Shown: positions 32,401 to 41,875 of the stretch, one piece after another
Layout of the letters: each line of letters opens with the position of its first letter
How positions within the stretch are numbered: the first letter of the stretch is position 1
Origin: Candidatus Levyibacteriota bacterium
Lineage (GTDB): Bacteria > Patescibacteriota > Microgenomatia > Levybacterales > UBA12049
Assembly (NCBI GenBank): GCA_027459745.1
Contig: DAIDHL010000005.1
Location: forward strand, 646-64,645
Reading direction: 5' to 3'
DNA: 64,000 nt
Position numbers and translations under genes: made by a program
Notes under the pieces: model-generated
What the model was told of the DNA's origin: nothing
The model's input: the letters and a program-made list of their open reading frames with translations, nothing else
Database searches by the model: none

Positions 32401-32970
32401 CTAAAAATTTATATTTAATAACTTTTCAACCATTAAACTTAAGGCTACAAAAGCGAGTACAATACCTGAAATCAATTCTGCTTTATCTGTTAAGTTCTTA
32501 CTGATTCTATTTCCAATCGTTGTACCAAGATAAGTAAAAATAAAAGCTTGAGCAGCAATCAGAAGGACAGAAAGAGCAATTGGCAACCCTAATACACCAA
32601 TACTAAACCCAACTGCTAATTCATCTACACTTACGGTTATAGAGGTCAGTAAAAGACCTCTCCAGTTAGTAACTAATAATTTTCCTTCACTCTTTTGAAA
32701 AGATTCTGCAATAACCCAACCACCTATGATAAATAGTACTAATATTCCAAACCATGAAGCTATGTCGCCAACTAAATTTATGAACAAACTGCCTAACAAA
32801 TAACCGACAAGTGGCATACCGCCCTCAAAAAGCGCAAAACTACCACCTACTTTCACTCTCTCACTTTTTTTCATCCCTGATAAACCAAGTCCCACAGCAA
32901 CAGCAAAGGAATCTATACCTAGCGAAATTATTAGTGCAGCTAATTTTAGCTCAGTAATTAACGCGTGCAT
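32401..32970 (-). CDS. mntP: Manganese efflux pump MntP family
   Basis: SLGIDSFAVA, FEGGMPLVG, VSVDELAVG; 6 TM segments. Confidence 0.85.
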   Translation of the reverse strand: MHALITELKLAALIISLGIDSFAVAVGLGLSGMKKSERVKVGGSFALFEGGMPLVGYLLGSLFINLVGDIASWFGILVLFIIGGWVIAESFQKSEGKLLVTNWRGLLLTSITVSVDELAVGFSIGVLGLPIALSVLLIAAQAFIFTYLGTTIGNRISKNLTDKAELISGIVLAFVALSLMVEKLLNINF

Positions 32971-33027
32971 TCATATATTATAGATTATGTCTTCCGACCT
33001 GGAATATTTAAGTGTTAAAATACGCGT

Positions 33028-33609
33028 ATGGATAAGAAAAAACTAACACACATGGGATTATGGTTGGAATATACAACATTGGTATGGAACATCATAGGTT
33101 GTTGGATTGTCTTAATATCTGCTTTTGCTGCCAAATCAGTTGCCTTAGCCGGCTTTGGCATTGACAGCCTTATTGAGATATTCGCTTCTATCATTGTCGT
33201 CTGGCAATTAAAATCTATTAACAAAGATAAAGAAGAATTTGCAGAACGGATTATTGGCATAGCGTTTTTACTCTTGGCGTTATATATCGGCATCCAATCT
33301 TTGGTTGTGTTATATACCAAATTTCATCCGCATAACTCTATTTCTGGCATTATCTGGCTGGTCCTAACAGCTATAAGTATGTTTGCGTTAGCATATGGCA
33401 AAGGAAAAATAGGCAAAATGTTAAACAATCCAGTATTAAAAAAAGAGTCTAAAGTTACTGTGATTGATGGATTACTTGCAGTGGCAGTATTGCTTGGTAT
33501 TAGTCTAAACGCATTACTTGGCTGGTGGTGGGCCGATCCGTTAGCCGGGTTGTTCATCGTCTATTATGGACTTAAAGAAGGTATGCAGGCAATAAAAGGA
33601 AATATGTAA
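33028..33609 (+). CDS. Cation efflux (CDF) family protein, TM domain only
   Basis: SVALAGFGIDSLIE and GWWWADPLAGL motifs. Confidence 0.8.
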   Translation: MDKKKLTHMGLWLEYTTLVWNIIGCWIVLISAFAAKSVALAGFGIDSLIEIFASIIVVWQLKSINKDKEEFAERIIGIAFLLLALYIGIQSLVVLYTKFHPHNSISGIIWLVLTAISMFALAYGKGKIGKMLNNPVLKKESKVTVIDGLLAVAVLLGISLNALLGWWWADPLAGLFIVYYGLKEGMQAIKGNM

Positions 33610-33664
33610 TTATAAAAATTTTCTTTTGTCTTCGTTTCAACTGTATATTTGTTATATTCTAATT

Positions 33665-34090
33665 ATGCAAAAAGGAACCTATAAAAGCTTTAGCCTTTTG
33701 TTTATCATCGTCATCCTAAACTATATGGCCCAAATCCCTTATGACATCCATTTATATGCGGGTAGATTTAATCCTATCGGCGCTGTAATGTTGGTTGGTA
33801 CTCTTCTATGGTTTTTGATAGGATTTAATTTAGTTTTAAAACAGAGCAGAATGGGATACTGGCTCTTATTCTCCTTCCTCGTGGTGCAATTTCTATTTTA
33901 TTTCCACGGGCAAATTATTTTAATGCTGTGGGGTTACGGTCTTTTTTATCATTTACTACGCTTCAACGATATGATTCTCTGGTGGGTATTTTTTATCGGT
34001 GATGTAAATTTTTTTACGGCTGCATTTTACATTTATTATCTGTGGAAAAAAAGAAAATCATTAATCAAAAACCATATTAACAAATCTTGA
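33665..34090 (+). CDS. Small membrane protein
   Basis: About 4 hydrophobic segments; start placed at ATG 33665. Confidence 0.65.
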   Translation: MQKGTYKSFSLLFIIVILNYMAQIPYDIHLYAGRFNPIGAVMLVGTLLWFLIGFNLVLKQSRMGYWLLFSFLVVQFLFYFHGQIILMLWGYGLFYHLLRFNDMILWWVFFIGDVNFFTAAFYIYYLWKKRKSLIKNHINKS

Positions 34091-34394
34091 GTCTATAACC
34101 TAGTGGGACTAAATTTACCAGCTTCTTTACAATTCTATCTCCGACCTTAAATTGATCCCAAATTTCTTTACCCACAACTACAGATTTTTCAGTTCCTTCC
34201 TCTGTTTTTACAACCAACGTATACACGATATATGAACCGTCTTTGACTCCTTCCTGTCCTTCTTCATTTTTTCGGGCAATAATTCCCTGATATGCCTGCT
34301 TTTTGGTATTTGCAATAACTAACCACACCACAACCACGCAAAGAACTAAAGTTCCGACAATTGTTGCAATGACTGCTATCATACCCGTAGACAT
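34077..34394 (-). CDS. Small membrane-anchored protein with OB-like beta domain, possible C-terminal frameshift
   Basis: N-terminal TM then YTLVVKTEEG...WDQFKVGDRIVK. Confidence 0.6.
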   Translation of the reverse strand: MSTGMIAVIATIVGTLVLCVVVVWLVIANTKKQAYQGIIARKNEEGQEGVKDGSYIVYTLVVKTEEGTEKSVVVGKEIWDQFKVGDRIVKKLVNLVPLGYRLKIC

Positions 34395-34636
34395 AAAAAA
34401 GATTTTATCGCAAAACGAGCATAAATTTTCCCTCATTAACATCTCCTAACCCAAACTTTGTAAATATAACTGCAAACATGTTTTGTATTTAGAAATTTAA
34501 ACATTACAAATATTTTATAAGACGCTATTGTTAATACTGAATATTGCAATACCCGAGCCTATACGATAGAATGCAAAAAGTAAAAAACAAAACTATATCA
34601 AAGAAAAGAATTATAAACTTAATATAACCTACATCT

Positions 34637-36958
34637 TTGGAAAGAGGGGCAAAACTAGTGAAAATTCACAAAAAACAGCATGCAAATGTTAAAAAACGGC
34701 AGTGGGGCACAGAAGAAAACATAACCTCACTCCCAATTTTACATGACAAACCATCATTACTAAAAATCGCACTGAGTAGAGTAGCTATTGTACTTACTGT
34801 GGTCTTTTGGTTGATGTATATCGTTTCCACAATCTTAAGACAATTTTTAGATGGTTCAGGCAATTATGAATTTACTATGGAAGCCTTCAGTTACGCCCTA
34901 ATTGTAACTTTTCTCACATTTTCCGCCCTGATGTATTTGATTGCCCGTCAAGGAGCCTTTCAGCGATTCAGCAAGCATGTGCGTGTACCCCGTTCTATAC
35001 TTGATAAGCACTTTACGACAAATCAACCAACAATTACCGTCTTAATCCCCTCTTATGCAGAAGAACTTGCAGTGATTAGAAAAACTATCCTCTCGGCTAT
35101 GTTACAAGAGTATCCACATATTCGCATAGTGCTACTTATGGATGACAATCCATACCCAAAAGATGCCGTAAATTTAAAACGAGTTAATCAAACTCGTGAG
35201 CTTATTAAAGATTTACAAATATTGCTGGACAAGCCATATAAACACGTCTCACATGCATTAGCCACATTTGAAAAGTTTAAAGCTAAAAATAAGATAATTT
35301 CTTTAAGTAATATTAAGGATTTAGCTAACGAATACGAATGGGCAGCCAACTGGTTAAATAAGTTTGCCGATGAAGAGTTAATTGAAGATCATGTTGATAA
35401 ATTTTTCACTGAACAAGTACTGCGGGAATTGGCGAAAGATCTACAATTAGTTTCTCATGCACTTCAATTGTCCCTCAAAGACCAAGCAAAACTTTCATCT
35501 GAGCGTATACATCAGCTTTATCGCAGATTAGTATGGATCTTTGGTGCTGAACTGAAGATTTTCGAACGTAAAAAATATGCTTCTTTATCTCATGAAGCAA
35601 ATAAGGCTATGAATCTTAATGCTTATATCGGATTAATGGGTAAAACGTACCAGTGCGAAGAAACAGTAGATGGCACGATCCTCATACCGACTGAGCAGAA
35701 AAACCCTAATAATATTATAGTTCCGGATAGCGATTTTATACTTACACTTGATGCTGATTCTATACTGCTTCGCGACTATTGTTTACGTCTGGTATATTTT
35801 TTACAACAACCTGACAATGCCCATGTAGCTGTAACCCAAACTCCCTATTCTTCTTTCAGGGGAGCATACTCACGTATTGAAAGATTGTCAGGGGCAACCA
35901 CTGATTTACAACATATTCTGCATCAGGGCATGAGTCAATATGGAGCAACTTTTTGGGTAGGAGCAAACGCTGTCATCAGAAAACGTGCACTGGAAGATAT
36001 TGCTATCCGGGAATGGGTAGGGGGTTTTGAAGTGAAACGCTTTATTCAAGATCGTACCGTCATAGAAGATACAGAATCGAGTATTGACCTGGCAAGTCAT
36101 GGTTGGACACTAGTTAATTATCCAGAAAGATTGAGTTATAGCGCGACACCACCTGATTTTGGTGCACTAGTTGTTCAGCGTCGACGGTGGGCCAATGGAG
36201 GATTATTAATTCTTCCCAAACTTTGGTCACAACTCACCGTGCGCAAAAATCGTAATGAGATTATTTCACGCACTGAAATAATGCTAAGAATAAACTATAT
36301 GGCCTCTATATGTTGGGCAAGCTTTGGACTAATCTTTCTACTTGCATTTCCTTATGACGGTCGCTTACTTAGTCCCTTAGTGTTGTTAGCTGCACTTCCC
36401 TACTTTATCGCCATGGCTTATGATTTAAAATATTGCGGATATAACTATAGCGATGTGATTAGAATTTATGGTTTTAATCTTATTCTCCTACCAGTAAATT
36501 TGGCCGGGGTGTTAAAATCGATTGAACAAGCCTTAACAGGCAAAAAAATTCCCTTCGCACGCACACCCAAGGTAAAAAATAGAACCTCAGTCCCTTTGCT
36601 CTATCTGGTTGTTCCTTTATTTATTGTCGCATTTTCTCTTTTTACACTCTGGCGAAATATAGAAAGCGCGAATATAGGTAATGCCCTGTTTGCAGGCTTT
36701 AATGCAATAGTGGCTACCTGGGCGATAGTGGCATATATAGGTATTATTAATTTATTGGCAGATTTATGGAGAGGTTTAACCAGTTGGTTATATGTGGAAC
36801 ACAAGTCCAAGACCCTAATCCCGCCCCCTACCCAAACTTCAGGAGTAGACTGGAAGGTTGTGCTTTATCATGGCGAAGACAAAGGTACAGTGCCTCATAC
36901 ATTTCTAAGAGAAATTGCAGACGAATCTAATTACCCTAAAGGAGGCTTTATTCGATGA
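34637..36958 (+). CDS. Processive GT2 polysaccharide synthase (cellulose-synthase-like)
   Basis: IPSYAE, NKAMNLN, LDADS, QTP, IEDT, QRRRW; flanking TM helices. Confidence 0.9.
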   Translation: MERGAKLVKIHKKQHANVKKRQWGTEENITSLPILHDKPSLLKIALSRVAIVLTVVFWLMYIVSTILRQFLDGSGNYEFTMEAFSYALIVTFLTFSALMYLIARQGAFQRFSKHVRVPRSILDKHFTTNQPTITVLIPSYAEELAVIRKTILSAMLQEYPHIRIVLLMDDNPYPKDAVNLKRVNQTRELIKDLQILLDKPYKHVSHALATFEKFKAKNKIISLSNIKDLANEYEWAANWLNKFADEELIEDHVDKFFTEQVLRELAKDLQLVSHALQLSLKDQAKLSSERIHQLYRRLVWIFGAELKIFERKKYASLSHEANKAMNLNAYIGLMGKTYQCEETVDGTILIPTEQKNPNNIIVPDSDFILTLDADSILLRDYCLRLVYFLQQPDNAHVAVTQTPYSSFRGAYSRIERLSGATTDLQHILHQGMSQYGATFWVGANAVIRKRALEDIAIREWVGGFEVKRFIQDRTVIEDTESSIDLASHGWTLVNYPERLSYSATPPDFGALVVQRRRWANGGLLILPKLWSQLTVRKNRNEIISRTEIMLRINYMASICWASFGLIFLLAFPYDGRLLSPLVLLAALPYFIAMAYDLKYCGYNYSDVIRIYGFNLILLPVNLAGVLKSIEQALTGKKIPFARTPKVKNRTSVPLLYLVVPLFIVAFSLFTLWRNIESANIGNALFAGFNAIVATWAIVAYIGIINLLADLWRGLTSWLYVEHKSKTLIPPPTQTSGVDWKVVLYHGEDKGTVPHTFLREIADESNYPKGGFIR

Positions 36959-38535
36959 GTAGTACACAAAGAAAATTATCCTGGTGGAGAGTGTGCTTGA
37001 TGCTATTTATGTTGTCAGCAATCACGGCAGGGGGGATATTTATGTGGATAGAATGGAAACAAGCTAAAGCTGTAGTAAAACCACAGGCATGGTTTGCCCC
37101 TTATGTGGATGTGACCGCAACTCCTTTATTTTCCTTTGAACAAATGGGCAGCTCATCAACTCCAAATGTAGTTTTAGCATTTATAGTCGCTTCATCTTCT
37201 AATCCATGTATACCAACATGGGGAAATGCTTATACACTAAATCAGGCTAGCATAGCATTGGATCTGGACAGAAGAATTGCCCGTTTGAGACAACAAGGCG
37301 GCAATGTAGCTATCTCCTTTGGTGGACAAGCCAATAATGAATTATCCTTCAGTTGCACTGATACCAAGCAATTATTCAATGCTTACCAAGCAGTTATTCA
37401 ACGCTACAAAATCGACACCATCGACCTGGATATCGAAGGAAGTGATCTAAGCAACATAGCAGCCTTAGATCGTCGTGCAGAAGTTATTGCTAAACTACAA
37501 AAAAGTATACGCTCCCAAAAGAAAAATCTAGCTGTCTGGTTAACTTTACCGGTATCCCCGCAAGGATTAACTCTAGACGGAGCTAATGTGGTGGACAAAT
37601 TTTTAGCTGCAGGTGTAGATATCGCTGGAGTAAATGCTATGACTATGGATTATGGCAATAGCAGAAGTCCCCACCAAACTATGGCTCAAGCTTCTGAGCA
37701 AGCCTTGGTGGAAACACATCGTCAGCTTGGTATTTTATATAAACAAGCTAAAATAAATCTTAACAGTACCACCTTATGGAGCAAAATTGGCGCCACGGTT
37801 ATGATTGGGCAAAACGATATTATAAATGACATTTTTACACTTGATGATGCGCAAAAGCTAAATTCTTTTGCACGTTCGGAGGGAATGAGTAGAATATCAA
37901 TGTGGTCAGCCAACCGGGATATTCAATGCGGAGTAAATTATGTGGATACACAAATTGTTTCTGATTCATGTAGTGGAGTGAAACAAAATAAACAACAATT
38001 TGCTAGCTTACTTAGTTATAAGTTAACTGGTGATTTCACTCATAATTCTCAGGTCATAACTATTCAAGATGCCGGAGCCAATGTGCAAAAACCTGATGAC
38101 CCTGGTAAAAGTCCTTATCAAATTTGGAACTCAACTTCCGTCTATCTACAAGGAACTAAAGTTGTCTGGCATAGGAATGTTTATCAAGCCAAATGGTGGA
38201 CGCAAGGTGATTTACCGGACAATCCGGTTTTAGAATCTTGGCAAACTCCCTGGCAACTTATTGGCCCTGTCTTACCTGGGGAAAAACCAATTCCTCAACC
38301 TACCTTACCCCCAGGTACATATCCTACCTGGTCTGGTACACAAATATATGATGTGGGAATGAGAGTGCTTTTTAACGGTGTTCCTTATCAGGCAAAATGG
38401 TGGAACCAAGGAGATAGTCCTGCCGCTTCAAGTGCCAATCAAGACAGCTCACCTTGGTTAGCATTGACTCAAAGTCAAGTTAACACTCTGATTCAAACTA
38501 TCAATGCTACTAAATCAGCCACCGTTAAGAAATAG
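36955..38535 (+). CDS. Membrane-anchored GH18 chitinase-like hydrolase with two CBM5/12 modules
   Basis: FAPYVD, ISFGG, catalytic DTIDLDIEG, NAMTMDYG; two YQAKWW(T/N)QGD modules; ATGA overlap with the GT2 gene. Confidence 0.9.
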   Translation: MSSTQRKLSWWRVCLMLFMLSAITAGGIFMWIEWKQAKAVVKPQAWFAPYVDVTATPLFSFEQMGSSSTPNVVLAFIVASSSNPCIPTWGNAYTLNQASIALDLDRRIARLRQQGGNVAISFGGQANNELSFSCTDTKQLFNAYQAVIQRYKIDTIDLDIEGSDLSNIAALDRRAEVIAKLQKSIRSQKKNLAVWLTLPVSPQGLTLDGANVVDKFLAAGVDIAGVNAMTMDYGNSRSPHQTMAQASEQALVETHRQLGILYKQAKINLNSTTLWSKIGATVMIGQNDIINDIFTLDDAQKLNSFARSEGMSRISMWSANRDIQCGVNYVDTQIVSDSCSGVKQNKQQFASLLSYKLTGDFTHNSQVITIQDAGANVQKPDDPGKSPYQIWNSTSVYLQGTKVVWHRNVYQAKWWTQGDLPDNPVLESWQTPWQLIGPVLPGEKPIPQPTLPPGTYPTWSGTQIYDVGMRVLFNGVPYQAKWWNQGDSPAASSANQDSSPWLALTQSQVNTLIQTINATKSATVKK

Positions 38536-38541
38536 AGGCTA

Positions 38542-38724
38542 TTACTTCATCAACCACAAAAATTTAACCAAGATGGCCATTAATATAAATCCATTTAAAA
38601 ATAATGAGATCAGTATCAATCCCAAACCCAAACCAATTGGCGAATTCCAACTATGCCAAGAATAATCACTTATAGCTTGCATAGCTGCGATGTGTCCTAA
38701 ATGTTTACTTTCGATTTTATCCAT
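38542..38724 (-). CDS. Small membrane protein
   Basis: 60 aa with one TM segment; GGGGGTG RBS; directly downstream of the EXLDI gene. Confidence 0.6.
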   Translation of the reverse strand: MDKIESKHLGHIAAMQAISDYSWHSWNSPIGLGLGLILISLFLNGFILMAILVKFLWLMK

Positions 38725-38769
38725 AATTTATATTTCACCCCCTATCCATAAACTCTGAATTCTCTAATC

Positions 38770-39279
38770 TTATATGTCCAGATATTCAACCGGAGTTTCA
38801 TATTGCTTTGCATATTCTAAAATCGAGGAGTACAACTCTTGAGGAATTTTACCTTTTAACTCTTCAGGAGATTTACCTACCAACAATTCACTTTTTTGGG
38901 AGTTAACTAGATAATCCCCACTTTCTTTCCATTCCTTTTTATTTGTAAGCAAACTTGCTTTGCAAATAGTTCCCAACCATACAGCCCAATTTTCTTTTTG
39001 TGTACGATAGATATTAGCTTTTAAAAACCAAATTTTATCATCGCTAAACCCACTCCATTTACCGATACGAGAACCAATAAAACGCTGTTCACGTTCAGCT
39101 CCGTCTACGCCAACCTTGAGACCAATTTCCTCCATGTCTTTTTGTTTATCCTCCTGACGGGCAATGAATTCACGCAGAGCACGCACAATAACTGAGGAAA
39201 GAGCCTCACCGGCTATAGTTTTAGCCTGCTCGAAGAGTGACTCATCCTTTTCACTTACATAAATAGTCTTATTTGCCAT
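38770..39279 (-). CDS. EXLDI protein (N-terminal ribbon-helix-helix-like region)
   Basis: N-terminus MANKTIYVSEKDESLFEQAK...LSSVIVRALREF; C-terminus VEYLDI. Confidence 0.85.
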   Translation of the reverse strand: MANKTIYVSEKDESLFEQAKTIAGEALSSVIVRALREFIARQEDKQKDMEEIGLKVGVDGAEREQRFIGSRIGKWSGFSDDKIWFLKANIYRTQKENWAVWLGTICKASLLTNKKEWKESGDYLVNSQKSELLVGKSPEELKGKIPQELYSSILEYAKQYETPVEYLDI

Positions 39280-39315
39280 ATACGTATATTATACATATAT
39301 GTATAATGTTGTCAA
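39278..39315 (-). promoter_or_regulatory. Sigma70 promoter with palindromic operator for the EXLDI gene
   Basis: TTGACA (39315-39310)-16 nt-TATAAT (39293-39288); perfect 20-bp palindrome ATTATACATATATGTATAAT at 39288-39307. Confidence 0.75.
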
Positions 39316-39486
39316 GATATTAATAAGACAAGAGTAATAGCTTCGTCTTGAGTATGTCTTGCTAAAAGAGTGTAATAAATCGTATAAATACGATTGCCAC
39401 ATAACAACTCTTTTTTTCGCCTTATCTAAAAGCAGTGGCAAACACTATGGTAATCTAATTAGTCTGAGTGATTAAATATGAGAGCA

Positions 39487-39912
39487 CTAAGAGGTCTGCT
39501 TATCTGCTTTAAAAATCCATTGTCTGCCAAATTTGTCATAGAACTGTCCATAAGTGCCAAATGGCATCTCATGTAAATCTTGAAACCTGCTCTTTTCTGC
39601 TCCAACGGCTAACTTGTCAAAAATTTCTTTTAACTCATCGTAAGCTTTGCCTATGATAAAAATCGCAAATGTATTTCCAGAGACGGGTTCAAAATCAGGA
39701 GAAGCCATCCAGTCAGTGGCTGATATCTCTATTGCTCCACTTTTTAGATGGGCATTGATAATTCTACTCCATTTTTCTTGAGGAAAGGAACTTTTCATGG
39801 GAGTATCACCTAACTTTGTGAGACTCAAAACTCCTCCCAGACACTCATGGTAAAATGTCATAGCTTCCGCACAGTTACCATCAAATAGTAAAAAGGGTGT
39901 ACAGTACAACAT
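39487..39912 (-). CDS. VOC/PhnB-like glyoxalase family protein
   Basis: PFLLFDGNCAEAMTFY...GG; MPFGTYGQFYDKFGRQW. Confidence 0.9.
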   Translation of the reverse strand: MLYCTPFLLFDGNCAEAMTFYHECLGGVLSLTKLGDTPMKSSFPQEKWSRIINAHLKSGAIEISATDWMASPDFEPVSGNTFAIFIIGKAYDELKEIFDKLAVGAEKSRFQDLHEMPFGTYGQFYDKFGRQWIFKADKQTS

Positions 39913-40033
39913 CTTTAAATATTATACTTAGTATAATATTAAACATAAATAATTAAATAATCTTAATATAAATTAAATCTTGTCAGTACCACTATAAATT
40001 GACTTAGGAATGCTCGTATGACAGAATAATAGT

Positions 40034-41371
40034 GTGAAATCGATCAGCCATAAGAAAAACAGTTTACAAGTATCTAACTTCATAAATATTCCTTTTCTAC
40101 TGAAGCATAAAATACAAATTGCTATGTTTTTATTATTTATTGTATTTATCATCCTGCGTTTTATTTTATTAACCCAGAGGGCAAATTTAGGCTGGGATCA
40201 AATTGATAGTGCCTGGGCGGCTAAAAGCATTCTGGTTGATAAACATATTTTTATGTTAGGACCAGTTGCCAAAGGTAATAGTGGTATTTATATAGGTCCA
40301 TTATATTTTTACTTGATTTCTATTTTCTATTTTTTTACCAATTTGAATCCCATAGCCTCACCCATCTTCCAGGGAATTTTAAGCATAGTTAATTTGTTAG
40401 TTTTATTTTTCATTGTCAAAAAAATGTTCAATCTCAATGTTGCGTTTATTGCCTGTTTTATAAATACATTTACTCTTTTTATTATGAATTCTGACCGTGG
40501 ACAAAGTGACTTCTATTTAATTGTTCCGACATCATTGGTTATTTTTTATTTTCTATACAAAGTCATAACCAATCATGCAAAATATATCATTTATCTGGCA
40601 ATAGCTGTAGGTCTTTCATTTCATGTCGATTTTACCTCAGTATATTACCCACTAATAATATTATTGGCTCTACCTTTCTTCCCGAGAACTAAAGCTACCT
40701 TGAAATATATTCTAATTTCCATACCAGTATTTTTACTCTTTTTAGTTCCTTCGATAGTTGCCGATATAACCCTAAAACATTCAACTCCAACTAATTTAGT
40801 TTATCTTTTTAATAATTATTATCATGGACTACATTTGGCAAGAATTATACAACTAACTAAAGATGCCGTTATAAGTGGAACTGAATTATGGCCATTCGCC
40901 ATGTTATCTCCAACTATTCTTACTCCCCTTACATTTTTAATATATGTCTTATTTATGTTTGTATATTATAAAAAAAACAAGAACAGAAATAGCCTCCTTC
41001 TTTTTTACCTTATAGGGCTATGGATAATCATTCCCTGGTTAATTATGTCTACTTATAGTGGAGAGATAACAGACTATTATTATTCAGTATCCAGAGATCT
41101 TTTTATTTTTGCCTTATCATACATTATCTATATACTTTACATTCAAAAAGTTATTGCTGCTAAATTAGTAATAATTGTTATTGGACTAATATATGCTTTT
41201 TATAATATCCAGCTTTTCTGGCACGAAGGGAATGGCAATTTTCTCTCGGTCGAAAACAATGTTAAACAAGCAGTAGCTCATAATCAACTTATACCCTATG
41301 GAAGCCATGATCCTAACTACTATGTACAATATGTATATTTAAGAGATAAAAAATTAGGAATTAAGTATTAA
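40034..41371 (+). CDS. ArnT/PMT-like glycosyltransferase, paralog of 10064..11401
   Basis: WDQIDSAWAAK, LGPVAK, GPLYFY, YYHGLHL, YSGEITDYY. Confidence 0.75.
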   Translation: MKSISHKKNSLQVSNFINIPFLLKHKIQIAMFLLFIVFIILRFILLTQRANLGWDQIDSAWAAKSILVDKHIFMLGPVAKGNSGIYIGPLYFYLISIFYFFTNLNPIASPIFQGILSIVNLLVLFFIVKKMFNLNVAFIACFINTFTLFIMNSDRGQSDFYLIVPTSLVIFYFLYKVITNHAKYIIYLAIAVGLSFHVDFTSVYYPLIILLALPFFPRTKATLKYILISIPVFLLFLVPSIVADITLKHSTPTNLVYLFNNYYHGLHLARIIQLTKDAVISGTELWPFAMLSPTILTPLTFLIYVLFMFVYYKKNKNRNSLLLFYLIGLWIIIPWLIMSTYSGEITDYYYSVSRDLFIFALSYIIYILYIQKVIAAKLVIIVIGLIYAFYNIQLFWHEGNGNFLSVENNVKQAVAHNQLIPYGSHDPNYYVQYVYLRDKKLGIKY

Positions 41372-41376
41372 AAAAT

Positions 41377-41392
41377 TTCATTTTCCGTTCAT
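41377..41392 (+). promoter_or_regulatory. Putative OmpR-family binding box (TCAT direct repeat, 11-bp period)
   Basis: TTCATTTTCCGTTCAT; near-identical copy on the minus strand at 42686-42701. Confidence 0.55.
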
Positions 41393-41423
41393 AATTGTTC
41401 GATAACATCCATTTATAGTAAAT

Positions 41424-41747
41424 ATGAAACCTCAATATTGGATAATAATCTTAATATTTTTAGCAATTATTGGGTTTGGTGGATACAAACTTTGGCATCA
41501 TTTCAACGCTCAATCCATGCTACATAACGTACAGAAAACAGCTATGGTAAACGCGGTCCCTAGTCCTTCAACCTCAGTTACAAATACTACAAATAGCGGC
41601 GGTTTACCCAATAAATCTGATACCAGTAACCAACAGTTAAATCAGGATTTGCAAAATATACAAAACAGTATGAATCAATTGCAACAAGATCAAAATACTT
41701 CCAATCAGGACGTAAGCACTCAATCTCAAGATACTCCTCAGCAATAA
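41424..41747 (+). CDS. Small membrane-anchored Gln/Asn-rich protein
   Basis: N-terminal TM; LNQDLQNIQNSMNQLQQD coiled segment. Confidence 0.75.
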   Translation: MKPQYWIIILIFLAIIGFGGYKLWHHFNAQSMLHNVQKTAMVNAVPSPSTSVTNTTNSGGLPNKSDTSNQQLNQDLQNIQNSMNQLQQDQNTSNQDVSTQSQDTPQQ

Positions 41748-41815
41748 TTTTTTTAATTAAATACTGCAGACTTAATCAATTTAAATACATATTTTAAACT
41801 TCTATATTTGTTTTA

Positions 41816-41850
41816 CTAAAAAACCGCCTATTTCTAGACGGTATTTTAGC
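41816..41850. terminator. Probable bidirectional terminator between convergent genes
   Basis: CTAAAAAACCG...CGGTATTTTAG imperfect inverted repeat. Confidence 0.5.
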
Positions 41851-41875
41851 TCTCAGTCATCAATTTATCCTAATT

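Noticed and set aside
32971-33027. yybP-ykoY manganese riboswitch upstream of mntP
   Set aside because: The intergenic region is only 57 nt and the -10 box lies 6 nt from the ATG, leaving no room for a leader
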